Below, piece by piece: positions 29,233 to 38,326 of a stretch of DNA of 64,000 bases. The position numbers and the translations under genes were made by a program. The notes under the pieces were generated by a model. That model was not told where the DNA came from. It did no database searches and was given only the letters and a program-made list of their open reading frames with translations. The stretch comes from a virus (taxonomy: Duplodnaviria; Heunggongvirae; Uroviricota; Caudoviricetes). The stretch is taken from IMG/VR virus record IMGVR_UViG_3300029705_000018. One strand, 5' to 3'. How positions within the stretch are numbered: position 1 is the stretch's first letter; every line of letters begins with the position of its first letter.

Positions 29233-29484
29233 TTACCTCCGCTGAATACCGGTTTTGAGGATGGGTAAAGAAGGAGAACGATGGAGAACCCAGTATGCTT
29301 CATCCAGTTTCCCTTGGTTTTCCTTAGCAGTGCCGGTGATAGGATAAGTAATGCTCTGGCCTTTGTATTCGATACTGACGACGGCATACTCGGGATTGAT
29401 AGCTTCACAGATTTCAATGGATTCAATGAAGTCCATGTTGAAATCCCGTCCCGCAATACGAATGAAATTACGATAACGATTCAT
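29233..29484 (-). CDS. hypothetical protein
   Basis: 83 aa. Confidence 0.35.
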   Translation of the reverse strand: MNRYRNFIRIAGRDFNMDFIESIEICEAINPEYAVVSIEYKGQSITYPITGTAKENQGKLDEAYWVLHRSPSLPILKTGIQRR

Positions 29485-29485
29485 A

Positions 29486-29755
29486 TTAGAAACCTCCTGC
29501 GAAATTCAAACAGATGTGATGAAGGTGACGATTTTCGATCCAAGCGAAAGATACGGATGCGCCGGAATTATCGGGGTAGGGATCAACGATCTCATTCCAC
29601 TGGAAGAGAGGATCTTCATATTCCAAATTTTCAAAGTATTCTTCAACGACATGAAGGGCGTCTTTGGTATATTCTTTGGAAGACACAAGATGGTCTACCT
29701 GCTCGCAGATGTTATATACTTCATCTTCAATAACAGACGGGGTGAAGCCTACCAT
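29486..29755 (-). CDS. hypothetical protein
   Basis: 89 aa. First gene downstream of the promoter copy at 29870-29920. Confidence 0.4.
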   Translation of the reverse strand: MVGFTPSVIEDEVYNICEQVDHLVSSKEYTKDALHVVEEYFENLEYEDPLFQWNEIVDPYPDNSGASVSFAWIENRHLHHICLNFAGGF

Positions 29756-29944
29756 AATTCTTTTACCTCCTGGCGTATTATTCAGTCTTACTCAGTAAGA
29801 TTTTGTATTACGCTCGGTACACGGAATTTTACTTTTCTGACGGAGCGCATTACCTTTTCTTTTACTATCTTTTCCTTTACTTTACATATATATTATATCA
29901 TAAAATTTTTACAAAATCAATTAAGATACAATTAATTAGAATAT

Positions 29945-29995
29945 AAATGTAATACGTTGTAATACAGTGTAGGACAACGTAATACAATTTTTCTT
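29945..29995. promoter_or_regulatory. direct-repeat operator-like element (TGTAATAC x3 plus a degenerate copy) in a divergent promoter region
   Basis: aaatGTAATACgttGTAATACagtGTAGGACaacGTAATACaa lies between the leftward early promoter copy and the rightward ribbon-helix-helix gene. Confidence 0.45.
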
Positions 29996-30029
29996 TCCTA
30001 ATTTTCAATAATCATACGGAGGTGATTAT

Positions 30030-30167
30030 ATGACCGTTATTACTGTAAGACTTGATGATATTGAAAAGCAATTATTACAGCAATATGCAGAAGATGAAGA
30101 TCTATCTGTGTCATAGATTATAAGACGTCTAATAAAAGAATTTTTAGACGAGAAAGTTAGAAACTAA
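30030..30167 (+). CDS. ribbon-helix-helix (CopG/Arc/MetJ-type) DNA-binding protein with an in-frame TAG
   Basis: ACGGAGGTG ribosome-binding site then ATG. The product MTVITVRLDDIEKQLLQQYAEDEDLSVS-(TAG)-IIRRLIKEFLDEKVRN has the classic beta-strand plus two-helix RHH pattern. TAG at 30114-30116. Confidence 0.55.
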
Positions 30168-30182
30168 AAAGGAGCTTGTGAA

Positions 30183-30362
30183 ATGCCAAATTCAAAAGTA
30201 AAAATTGTATACTCTTTAAGAATCCATATTGGTTTACAACAATTAGGATTTTCTTATATAACAGAAATGAAGAATCCCAAGAATCCGCATCTGAATTGTT
30301 GGGTGTATCAAGAGACTCCCGCACTTCTGAAAGCGTTTGACTCCTTGGTAAAGGAGGGGTAA
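30183..30362 (+). CDS. hypothetical small protein
   Basis: 59 aa. AAAGGAG ribosome-binding site. Confidence 0.35.
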   Translation: MPNSKVKIVYSLRIHIGLQQLGFSYITEMKNPKNPHLNCWVYQETPALLKAFDSLVKEG

Positions 30363-30751
30363 TGATGAGCGCTATTGAAACATTTGTGGTTCACAAAGAA
30401 TGGTTAGATAGTATTGCTGGATTACCCTGTGAGACTCAGGATAGAATCATTGCGGAGTTCGTTCGATATGGCTGTGGACTGGACCCTGCGCACCCTGAGG
30501 ACGCAATCGCGCAGTCTTTTGTGAATATTTTGAAAAATAGAATTGATTATAGTAAGGATCAATATGCAAAGAAAGTTGCAATGGGAAAAACTGCTGGGGC
30601 TAAGAAGAAAATTGATGACAGACAAATTTATGAGTTGGCGCAAGAAGGAAAAACTGCAACTGAAATTGCAACAATTTTGAATATATCTAAATCTTCTGTT
30701 GACCACAGTGATGGTTGGAGAAAGAGAAGAGAAAACGAATTTGTATTTTGA
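30362..30751 (+). CDS. DNA-binding protein with C-terminal helix-turn-helix
   Basis: 129 aa. The C-terminal IYELAQEGKTATEIATILNISKSSV is a typical HTH (sigma region-4 / LuxR-like). Confidence 0.5.
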   Translation: MMSAIETFVVHKEWLDSIAGLPCETQDRIIAEFVRYGCGLDPAHPEDAIAQSFVNILKNRIDYSKDQYAKKVAMGKTAGAKKKIDDRQIYELAQEGKTATEIATILNISKSSVDHSDGWRKRRENEFVF

Positions 30752-30754
30752 TTT

Positions 30755-30925
30755 GCAAAATTTGTTGCAAAGTTGCAAAAATTGTAACAATATATTCGTG
30801 CAAAGTTTGCATTTTGCATTGCATTGTACAAATCTAACTTATAACTTACAAATGCAACAATTTTGCAAATTGAATTGCAATTTTGCAACTTAATTTTTGC
30901 AATAAATTGCAAAAATTTTAGGGGA
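30755..30925. repeat. TTGCAA(A) iteron array (about 14 copies in 170 bp)
   Basis: aTTTGCAAAatttgTTGCAAAgTTGCAAAAatTGTAACaa...GTGCAAAgTTTGCATTTTGCATTGCATTGTACAAA...ACAAATGCAACAATTTTGCAAATTGAATTGCAATTTTGCAAC...TTTTTGCAATAAATTGCAAAAA, followed by a GGGGACCCCTCCGGGGATCCCC hairpin. Confidence 0.6.
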
Positions 30926-30964
30926 CCCCTCCGGGGATCCCCATCATAAAGGAGATAATGGAGA

Positions 30965-31192
30965 ATGATATATCAAAGACCGAAAGGTAATGTAAGATTT
31001 GCTTATGGTAGATTTGATGATTTACCATATGGAGCCGAAGAAGTAAAGATATTTATGGTACCTGGGGATCCAGTATTATATGTAGTACCAATTGGAGATA
31101 TTCCATATGCGTATGAGAAAAATGAACCAGAAATTCCAATGTCAGATAGGCAGTGTGAGGAGTTATTGGATTATTTTAGAGAGTACGTATAA
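30965..31192 (+). CDS. hypothetical protein
   Basis: 75 aa. AAAGGAGA ribosome-binding site. Confidence 0.45.
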   Translation: MIYQRPKGNVRFAYGRFDDLPYGAEEVKIFMVPGDPVLYVVPIGDIPYAYEKNEPEIPMSDRQCEELLDYFREYV

Positions 31193-31502
31193 TCTTTATT
31201 TGATTTTATAAAAAAATATTGTTATAATTATTATAGTATAAAAGAAAAGGTGGAAAAGGTTATATGATGCTTGTAGATGAAGGTTATCTTCATGACAATA
31301 CTATCGTGCGCATCGGGGAAGAGATGGGAATCTTTAGAAAACCCGATGAAAGCAAAGTAGAATATGTCATGAGGGTCATTCAAGAACTTCAATTCAAAAA
31401 GCCCTAAGTAGGGGTATTCAAAAAATGAATTGAAAAAATGAAATGAAAACCGAGGAACAAAATAAAAAATGAAATGAAAATCCGATTGAAAGGAAAAGTA
31501 AA

Positions 31503-31958
31503 ATGGTTTTTAGCTATAATAATTTAATGTCTGCCGCAAAGTCTGGTCAGAGACTTGGTAAGTGGAAGGATTTGCCGGTCTTTTCTTGTGATAGAATGGG
31601 ACTGGCGCAAAAAGGCAATGGTGCTTATTATGTCGTCTATGATGATGACAATGCTTTCGTGAAGAAGAGCGGTTCTATGTGGTTCAGATTTGGTTATCTG
31701 GATAAGGAAGGCTCTGTTCATGAGGACACTAAGCGAGAATATTTCCCCATCCGCACAGAGAAGGACAAGGAAGTCTTCTATTATAATGAGAAGAAAGCTA
31801 CAGTGGAGTTTGCGCCTGTACCGACCGTACATACTACTGCTTCTTCTGGAACTACGACTGCGGATGTGAAACTGGAGATTGACGTTGAGGGAACCTTGAA
31901 GAAGGCGAGGGAAATGACTATTGAAGATTTGCTCGCAGGATTCAACTACGGACTCTAA
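31503..31958 (+). CDS. hypothetical protein
   Basis: 151 aa. Confidence 0.5.
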   Translation: MVFSYNNLMSAAKSGQRLGKWKDLPVFSCDRMGLAQKGNGAYYVVYDDDNAFVKKSGSMWFRFGYLDKEGSVHEDTKREYFPIRTEKDKEVFYYNEKKATVEFAPVPTVHTTASSGTTTADVKLEIDVEGTLKKAREMTIEDLLAGFNYGL

Positions 31959-32049
31959 GTGGACTCGCTTCTGGAATAAAGTATTTCCGATCGTTGAGTG
32001 GTTAGAAGATTTGGGGGAGCTTATTGTGCTCTTGGATGATATATTTGAT

Positions 32050-32080
32050 TAAGGAGGACTTCGGTCCTCCTTTTTTTGTT
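32050..32080 (+). terminator. rho-independent terminator
   Basis: AGGAGGAC-TTCG-GTCCTCCT followed by TTTTTTT. Confidence 0.7.
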
Positions 32081-32099
32081 GCTTTTGGAAGAGAATTGT

Positions 32100-33075
32100 G
32101 AGATTGTTCTGGCCGATCGGCCCCTGGACTATCCGATCGCTTTTCCTCGTCACCGTTACCGTTGGGGCATAAAAAAATCCACCCTCATTTTCAGAGGGTG
32201 GGTTCTAAAATTATCTTAGCGTAGCTCTTCTCTTGGTAGTTGTAGCTTAGTCAGAAATCATCTTATGAGAATTTCTTCACAACGAGAATCTTACTTCATA
32301 ATTTGAGCCAAAAATTCCTTTAGAGCTTCATCATCGCTCTTGGCGTGAATGGTGGCGGAACGCTTCTTAGGATTTAGACCAACCAGCTTATCCTCGGGGA
32401 TAGCATCGATTGCGGTCTTCAGTTCCTTCATTGCGCCCATCAGGGCGAAAGTCTGATCCAGGGCCTCAACCAGAGTGTCCAGGTCATCGTCAGTGATTTC
32501 CATCTCATCCATGGCGGTGTTGCCAGTCAGATCAGCGTAATCACGGAACAGGTCGACCATCTTCAGACCCAGATCCTTTTTCTTTGCGGCCAGCTCCACC
32601 TTGGCGACACGCTCTGCCTCGGCCTTACGGGCGGCCTCCTGCTCAGCACAGAAGTCAGACATTGCGGCGTTCATGGCATCTGCCATGGCCTGACCAATTG
32701 CATTGATATCCTGACCATTGCGCAACTGGTCCAGGAAATAGTTCTTATCATAAACCATTGGTATATACCTCACATTTCTTATTTATTGTACTTATATTAT
32801 ATCAAAAAATTTTATAAAAATCAAATCCGATCGGCGCTTTCTGCGTTCTCCGAACGCAGATTGGATTTTTTATAAAAAAAATGTTATAATAAAAAAAAAG
32901 AACATTTTTACCGATCGGGACTTTCAATTCAATGTTTCGCCATATGAGAATTCCCGATCGGCCCTCCGGGGTGGGGTGCTAGATTTCGGGAGAACGGGGC
33001 ATATGCGGAAGTCGCTAGAAGTAGCAGAAAAATTCCATATGGGGTATACCGATCGGAAAATCGGGCCCTGACCTC
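32100..33075. repeat. cluster of six CCGATCG(G) palindromes in ORF-poor DNA
   Basis: Copies at ~32108, 32137, 32825, 32914, 32956 and 33050, often followed by GGCCC. A minus-strand TTGACA-N17-TATAAT promoter at ~33115-33150 reads into the 32880-33110 ORF-free stretch. Confidence 0.5.
32291..32773 (-). CDS. hypothetical helical protein
   Basis: 160 aa. Promoter copy at 32775-32830. Confidence 0.5.
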   Translation of the reverse strand: MRYIPMVYDKNYFLDQLRNGQDINAIGQAMADAMNAAMSDFCAEQEAARKAEAERVAKVELAAKKKDLGLKMVDLFRDYADLTGNTAMDEMEITDDDLDTLVEALDQTFALMGAMKELKTAIDAIPEDKLVGLNPKKRSATIHAKSDDEALKEFLAQIMK

Positions 33076-33182
33076 CGTTCAGGGCCCGTTGAACCACACC
33101 CTTATTATACCACAAGTCGAGGTATTTGTCAACCCCTAAATCAAAAAAAAATCGACTGATTTCTCAGTCGATTTCTAAACAG

Positions 33183-33341
33183 CCATCCCAATGGAAGTGC
33201 GCCGTCACATGGAGGCTTGCACCGCACTCGGGGCAGATTGTGTAGGAAGTGCCGGTGACAAAATCGCCGTTGTCTTCCAGATCGTCGAACTCGTCCACAT
33301 CAAAGGACGCACCGCAGTAAGGACATTCACCCATTTTTCAT
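33183..33341 (-). CDS. small zinc-ribbon protein (52 aa)
   Basis: MGECPYCGASFDVDEFDDLEDNGDFVTGTSYTICPECGASLHVTAHFHWDGCL. Confidence 0.4.
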
Positions 33342-33347
33342 ACCTCC

Positions 33348-33536
33348 TTAGCAATCATAGGTGTAGCAACCTTCGTAGGGGTCGAAGCCGAAGTCATCGT
33401 CAATGTCTTCGGGTTCGTAGTCATCGTCGTACTCACAGGGGGCGGGAGTGCCATCATCGGGATAGTGGCAACGGGGGTATTCTTCGTCCTCGTCCTTCCA
33501 GTAGTAACCGCAATTAGAATCAGCACAGGTAGCCAT
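33348..33536 (-). CDS. small Cys-rich acidic protein
   Basis: 62 aa. Confidence 0.4.
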   Translation of the reverse strand: MATCADSNCGYYWKDEDEEYPRCHYPDDGTPAPCEYDDDYEPEDIDDDFGFDPYEGCYTYDC

Positions 33537-33574
33537 TTTGTTTTCCTCCTTGTTTGATTTTCTTTATTATACCA

Positions 33575-33612
33575 TGTCGGGGGGCATTTGTCAAGCCCCC
33601 CGACAACTTTTT
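33575..33612 (-). promoter_or_regulatory. terminator hairpin with the next gene's -35 box in its loop (class-2 promoter, one of about 20)
   Basis: On the minus strand reads GTCGGGGGGC-TTGACAAAT-GCCCCCCGAC then ATGGTATAAT, i.e. TTGACA-N17-TATAAT with the -35 in the loop of the upstream gene's terminator. Confidence 0.55.
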
Positions 33613-33613
33613 T

Positions 33614-34228
33614 TTAGAAAGGCAGTTCGTCTGCCAGTCCGGCAACCTCATTCCATTCCTCGACAATCGCAGGAATATCGATGAAAGGACGGCTTGCCAT
33701 GTAGTCCGCCATGTGGACACATCTGTCCACATTGGTAAAGGGTCTGTCCTCTTTCTCGGTAGACCACTGACCCATGTGAGCGCAGACAGCGTTCAGAAGC
33801 AGAAAATGGGGTTCGCCGTAACCAGTGACCAGACAGTAATCACGGAAAGCAGTCGCCGCATTTCTGGCGTGATTCTTGTACTCGGCCTTGTCGAAACCAT
33901 CCAGACCATACTTGACAGTATCGTGAATGATACAGGCGACAATGACGAAATCCTTGTATTCTTCCTTCATGTATGCGTAAGAACTCATGCGGAGCAGTTC
34001 TTCGGCGAACATGACAACCGCCTTGGTGTGGCGAACCAGACCGCCAACGCCCTGGGACATCTTGGGGTGATACTTGCCAGAACTGGAAGCACCGTCTGTC
34101 CAGAAGTAGTCGGGAACTCGGTCGATCAGGTATCCCTTGACCGCCATGCGGAGATCCTCGTCCAGGATGAGGGACAGTTCCCTCTCAAAAAGCTTGATGT
34201 TCTTCATGGGTATCAATTCCTCTCTCAT
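33614..34228 (-). CDS. HD-domain phosphohydrolase
   Basis: GKYHP...VRHTKAVV...IVACIIHDTVKYG...D: the H...HD...D metal-binding signature. Confidence 0.6.
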   Translation of the reverse strand: MREELIPMKNIKLFERELSLILDEDLRMAVKGYLIDRVPDYFWTDGASSSGKYHPKMSQGVGGLVRHTKAVVMFAEELLRMSSYAYMKEEYKDFVIVACIIHDTVKYGLDGFDKAEYKNHARNAATAFRDYCLVTGYGEPHFLLLNAVCAHMGQWSTEKEDRPFTNVDRCVHMADYMASRPFIDIPAIVEEWNEVAGLADELPF

Positions 34229-34254
34229 TTGATGTACTCATTATAGCATAGGAT

Positions 34255-34446
34255 TTAGAGTTTGTCAAGTACTTTTTTAGAAAATTCTGTGTATTCAATA
34301 CACATTTTCAAAGTATCTTTTTCAACTGTCACACGCACAGAACTAACAAGGGGATTTTGTATCATCAGTTCGCCGGCCATTTTCTTGACCTCTGAATAGG
34401 GGATACCCTTACCAATTTCAATTCTAGCCATTGTTTTTCCCTCCAT
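34255..34446 (-). CDS. hypothetical protein
   Basis: 63 aa. Confidence 0.35.
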   Translation of the reverse strand: MEGKTMARIEIGKGIPYSEVKKMAGELMIQNPLVSSVRVTVEKDTLKMCIEYTEFSKKVLDKL

Positions 34447-34832
34447 GGTTCTGGGTTACCCCAGAACCACAAAATTTTTGCCGTAGTGGTCGTGAACGCC
34501 TTCTTCTACATTGTAGGTGATGGACAGTTCATCCATGTAAATGACCTTGGAATCACCAAAACCGAGTTCTTCCATGGTCTGAAGCTGGCGGAGCAGTTCA
34601 CTAACAGTAATGCACTTTTTATTCATGGGGGTTACCTCCTCTTGATTTATAATACAATTATACCACCGATTCCGGGAAAATCAAGTTGGAGTATTGCACA
34701 AAAAATGCGCCCCAAAAATTGTTGGAGTTGGTTATTTTGCCGAAAAACCGGCCCGCGCGCACGTAAAGGGCCGGCCGAAATTTGTGCAAATTGCACAAAA
34801 ACGAAGAAAAACCGGGATTTTTCCCGGTTTTT

Positions 34833-35201
34833 CTAACTTTTTGCCTTTCTTTTTGCGATTAAAGTCAATTCGTAGGCATTTTCACCAATTTTGAAGCTAA
34901 TTTGACGAGTTTTGTTGGTGATTTCCACTGAAACGTAGCCTTTTTCCGCTAAAAAGTGGGCGATTTCCGCAATTACAGCCTCTTTTTCCGGATTTTCGGT
35001 GGGTTTTCGTGCGGATTTGGTGGTTTTTGGCGATTTTGTGTCCGCATTAGCGTTTTTCATAGCCAGTTTGTGTGCTTCTGGACTCAAATCAAAGTCCATT
35101 TGCTCTCCCCTGTCGATGCATTTATCATCGGCAAGAATGGCTTCGGCTTCGCTTCTGGAACACTTGAGAGAACGCATGATGCGTTCGATTTGGCTATCCA
35201 T
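34833..35201 (-). CDS. hypothetical protein (cassette copy 1, gene a; paralog of 37891..38247)
   Basis: 122 aa. Shares the N-terminal I-K/R-L-M-K/R-S-L...S-R-E/S-E-A...D-E/D-D-K-R/C-I-D-R-G-E with its paralog. Confidence 0.5.
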   Translation of the reverse strand: MDSQIERIMRSLKCSRSEAEAILADDKCIDRGEQMDFDLSPEAHKLAMKNANADTKSPKTTKSARKPTENPEKEAVIAEIAHFLAEKGYVSVEITNKTRQISFKIGENAYELTLIAKRKAKS

Positions 35202-35300
35202 GGTGGTTGCCCCCTTTCCTTACTTAGTATAGCACATTTGGGGGGATTTGTCAAGAGGAAAGTTTGGGGGAGAATTTCTCCCCCTCTCCCCTCTCTCTGG

Positions 35301-35693
35301 TTAGACCAGAGAGAAGAAAGCCTTTCTCTTGTCCTCGGTTCTCTTGACCTGGCCTGCATCAACCATCTGGCGAACCAGAGCGGACATTCTCTGGTTGGTC
35401 ATGGTGTCAGGCAGGTTGGGAACCTTTTTCAGCAGTTCGGACACGGTGAACAGCTGATTGGGATTGGCTTCCATCACAGCCAGAACACCGGCCTTGATGG
35501 TTGCGTTGGCTTCCTGCTGAGCGGTGGGCTTCTTCTCAGCGGAGTTCTTCTTGGCCAGCAGTTCCTGCTCGTGGGCGATGAACTCAGCCAGCATGGGGTT
35601 GTTGGCGACTTCGGGGATGTTCGCAATCATAGCGAACTTCTGAGCCTTGGTCAGCTTGGTGGATGCGGAAGCGGAAGAAGTAGTGTTAGCCAT
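35301..35693 (-). CDS. hypothetical protein (cassette copy 1, gene b; paralog of 38327..38704)
   Basis: 130 aa. The MANTTSS...LTKAQKFA...DTMTNQRMSALVRQMVDAGQV block is near-identical in the paralog. Confidence 0.5.
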   Translation of the reverse strand: MANTTSSASASTKLTKAQKFAMIANIPEVANNPMLAEFIAHEQELLAKKNSAEKKPTAQQEANATIKAGVLAVMEANPNQLFTVSELLKKVPNLPDTMTNQRMSALVRQMVDAGQVKRTEDKRKAFFSLV

Positions 35694-36051
35694 AGTATCA
35701 ATTCCTTTCGGTTTTAGCGACTTGAACCTGTCGATGATTTATTCTGTAAGAGGTGTTCCTCTTTACATTCTTATTATAGCACATTCGGCTCGGTTTGTCA
35801 AGAACTTTTTTTCTTTTTTTTTCTTGACCTTGGAGGGTTGCCCCTCTCTTTTTGTACCCTCATTGTATCACATCTTGGGCGGTTTGTCAAGAGGTTTTTT
35901 CAACTTTTTTTTTCGCTCGGCTCGCTCTGTCCTGCGTTGTTGCCTGTCCCTCACTGACAAGGGTATTATACCATAGCCAGAAGCGGATTGCAATAGGCAA
36001 AGTATACAAAATCGGGAGAAATAATTTGTGCATTTTTTTCGCATTTTCCTC

Positions 36052-36175
36052 TTGACAAATTGCTGGGGGTATGGTATAATGGAAATTCTGCCCGGGCACA
36101 CTCGCGCCCGGGCCGCCGAAATGTCAATTGGTAATTTTGCACAAAAAAGTGAGGGTTGCCCCTCACTCATTTTTG
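36052..36175 (+). ncRNA. small-RNA-like mini transcription unit (consensus promoter, GC hairpin, terminator)
   Basis: TTGACA at 36052-36057, 17-nt spacer, TATAAT at 36075-36080. Then GCCCGGGCACACTCGCGCCCGGGC hairpin, CCGCCGAAATGTCAATTGGTAATTTTGCACAAAAAAG, and an AGTGAGGGTTGCCCCTCACT-CATTTTTG terminator. No ORF. Confidence 0.45.
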
Positions 36176-36604
36176 AATGACCGTTTCCAGATTGATTCCG
36201 GCGCTGACTTCTTCCCAGTTCTCCACATTGTCAACATGGACAACCTTGTGACAGCCATTGACCATCATCAGAGAATAGGTTGCGTTCTCATAACCGCACA
36301 GAACCTGGACAACCTCTTTGCCGATTGCCATGCCGAAGCCGGCTTCCCATGCCGTACCAGAGTCGGAATACATACCGAAGTTGAGAACCATGACCACATC
36401 ACAGTCATGGATGGCTTCAATGTCCATTTCAAAGACACGCTTTGCCCAGTCAGAGTTCGGCAAGTCCCATGCGTTGGGAACTTCATGCTCCTGGGGTACA
36501 TGAACCGGATAACCTGCGGAGCGCAGACGAGAGATGGTTTCCTTGTAGACTACCAATTCAGTAGCATTGAAGAACGGCGAAGCCAGATAGATTTTCTTTT
36601 TCAT
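36167..36604 (-). CDS. nucleoside 2-deoxyribosyltransferase-like protein (NDT/Rcl family)
   Basis: MKKKIYLASPFF...DSGTAWEAGFGMAIGKEVV matches the YLAGPFF and SGTAFEIG signature motifs. Start taken at the ATG with a GGAAAGGAAC ribosome-binding site (the six-frame track begins further upstream). Confidence 0.6.
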   Translation of the reverse strand: MKKKIYLASPFFNATELVVYKETISRLRSAGYPVHVPQEHEVPNAWDLPNSDWAKRVFEMDIEAIHDCDVVMVLNFGMYSDSGTAWEAGFGMAIGKEVVQVLCGYENATYSLMMVNGCHKVVHVDNVENWEEVSAGINLETVIQK

Positions 36605-36660
36605 AGTGTTCAGTTCCTTTCCTTTTTGTATTCTCATTATACCATGAGAAAAGGCTTTTG

Positions 36661-37005
36661 TCAAGCCTTTTCTACTCGGTAGAAGAAAAATTTATTGACA
36701 ATTCTTTTTGCCTTTTTGTCGTGGCAAAAATAAATACTTCCGAACAGATGTGTGGAATCGTCCATCAATTTGAGATTTTGAATTGCTTCCAATTTCACAG
36801 GCTTGCTTACATTGCGGAAGAGTTTCCAGAAGAAAACGAATGGGAAAAGCAGGATTTCCAGAATAATTTCCAGAATACCAGTGATGAGCAGATAGGGAAG
36901 CTGGATGAAGTTCATCCATCTCTGGCCCCACAGTTCTTCGTGAATGAAAGACAGGATAATGTATCCGGCAAGAATACCTAATAAGAAATTCAACATTTTA
37001 CACAC
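36661..37005 (-). CDS. membrane protein
   Basis: 114 aa, several hydrophobic helices. Confidence 0.4.
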   Translation of the reverse strand: MCKMLNFLLGILAGYIILSFIHEELWGQRWMNFIQLPYLLITGILEIILEILLFPFVFFWKLFRNVSKPVKLEAIQNLKLMDDSTHLFGSIYFCHDKKAKRIVNKFFFYRVEKA

Positions 37006-37060
37006 CTCATTTGTTTTTCTTTATTATAGCATGAATTGGGGGTTTTGTCAACCCCCAATT

Positions 37061-37387
37061 TTACGGAAGTTCATCGGGATAGCAGAAGCATTCCCATGCG
37101 ATACTCTCCCAAGTTTCCATACACTTGGAAGTGTTGCACAGCCAGATCGTGACAAAGAAAGTATTGACAACAGGCAGACCAATCATCAAAGCGCACTGGA
37201 TGAGACTGATGAAAGTCTTTGCCCAGTTCGTAGGCTGTTTGACCCTGACCATGCCCTTGGCCTTGCACTCCTTAAAAGTGGGAATCATAGCCAGACTGGC
37301 GAACACGAACAGATACAGGAAAGCCAGAATTGCGCTTGCGACATAGACCCAGAAGAAAATTTCTAACATAACATTTACCTCACTCAT
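37061..37387 (-). CDS. membrane protein
   Basis: 108 aa. Confidence 0.4.
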   Translation of the reverse strand: MSEVNVMLEIFFWVYVASAILAFLYLFVFASLAMIPTFKECKAKGMVRVKQPTNWAKTFISLIQCALMIGLPVVNTFFVTIWLCNTSKCMETWESIAWECFCYPDELP

Positions 37388-37441
37388 TTAATTTTCTTTA
37401 TTATAACATAGGTTTGCGAATTTGTCAAGAGTTATTTTGTA

Positions 37442-37654
37442 TCAAAGGGACATTTTCTGTCCCCAGATACAACGCTCAAAGGCAGGCTTGTAGACATTGT
37501 TCCAAATGAACTCCATCTCGTTGTAAGCTTCTCTGTCCTCCACAATCATTGCGTAGAACTGAACTGCTCCGAACGCCTGATGAATCCACAGTTCTTTGCC
37601 GTCCTTCTGGCACTGAGCCAAAAGCCAATCGATGTGCTGTTTCAGTTTATCCAT
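37442..37654 (-). CDS. hypothetical protein
   Basis: Start taken at MDKLKQ with a CAAGGAGGTAATC ribosome-binding site. Its own TTGACA-N17-TATAAT promoter is at ~37690-37725. A GC-hairpin module with a further upstream promoter lies at 37745-37830. Confidence 0.45.
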   Translation of the reverse strand: MDKLKQHIDWLLAQCQKDGKELWIHQAFGAVQFYAMIVEDREAYNEMEFIWNNVYKPAFERCIWGQKMSL

Positions 37655-37890
37655 GGTGATTACCTCCTTGATTTGTACCCTAATTATAGCATAGGTTTCG
37701 GGATTTGTCAAGGGGTTTTGCAAAAATAATTTTTGCAAGAAAAATTGCTGAAATAGGGGGTTAGTAGCGAAATGCCGGGCGCCACACTCGTCAGCGCCCG
37801 GCCATTATACCACATTCTTTTGAAAATGTCAAGCATTATTTTTTCGTCAAAATGCACAAAAAATCTGTCCGCGCTGGGCGGACAGATTTC

Positions 37891-38247
37891 TCAGGAGCGG
37901 GGACACGCAAGGGTGACTTTGTACTTCGTGCCGTTGTGGGTGAACAGGAACTCACGCTCGGCATTGGTGACATTGAACTCGGTGATTCCCAGTCCATTCA
38001 GACCTTCCATCATTGCGGAACACAGCTCTGCCTTTTCCGGCTTGGCTTTCTTCTCTCTTTTGGTGGTGGTCTGCTTGCGGTCTGCCTGTCGTGCTTTCTT
38101 TGCGCCCGCTTCCAGTTCGGGGTCAAGCTCAAACAACTTTTCGCCCCTGTCGATTCGCTTGTCTTCGTCCATCAGTTCGATGGCTTCCTCACGGCTGATG
38201 TTCAGCGACTTCATCAGCTTCTGGATTTTCTCTTCCATCGGGGTCAT
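37891..38247 (-). CDS. hypothetical protein (cassette copy 2, gene a)
   Basis: 118 aa paralog of 34833..35201. Confidence 0.5.
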   Translation of the reverse strand: MTPMEEKIQKLMKSLNISREEAIELMDEDKRIDRGEKLFELDPELEAGAKKARQADRKQTTTKREKKAKPEKAELCSAMMEGLNGLGITEFNVTNAEREFLFTHNGTKYKVTLACPRS

Positions 38248-38326
38248 CTCCTTTCTGTACTAAGTATAGCACAGATTGCTGGATTTGTCAAGGGGAAATT
38301 TTGGGGGAGTTTCCTCCCCCATCGGG

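Noticed and set aside
34486-34836. Plus-strand ORF 34486..34836 and the assumption that all GC-hairpin modules are plus-strand sRNA genes
   Set aside because: The ORF overlaps a minus-strand promoter, ribosome-binding site and terminator. Only three modules (36052, 39375, 43529) have a plus-strand consensus promoter. The copies at 34700, 41500 and 45340 lack one and are more simply the 3' UTR/terminator of the upstream minus gene, so the module is reported as a repeated element with orientation-variable promoters rather than seven confirmed sRNA genes.
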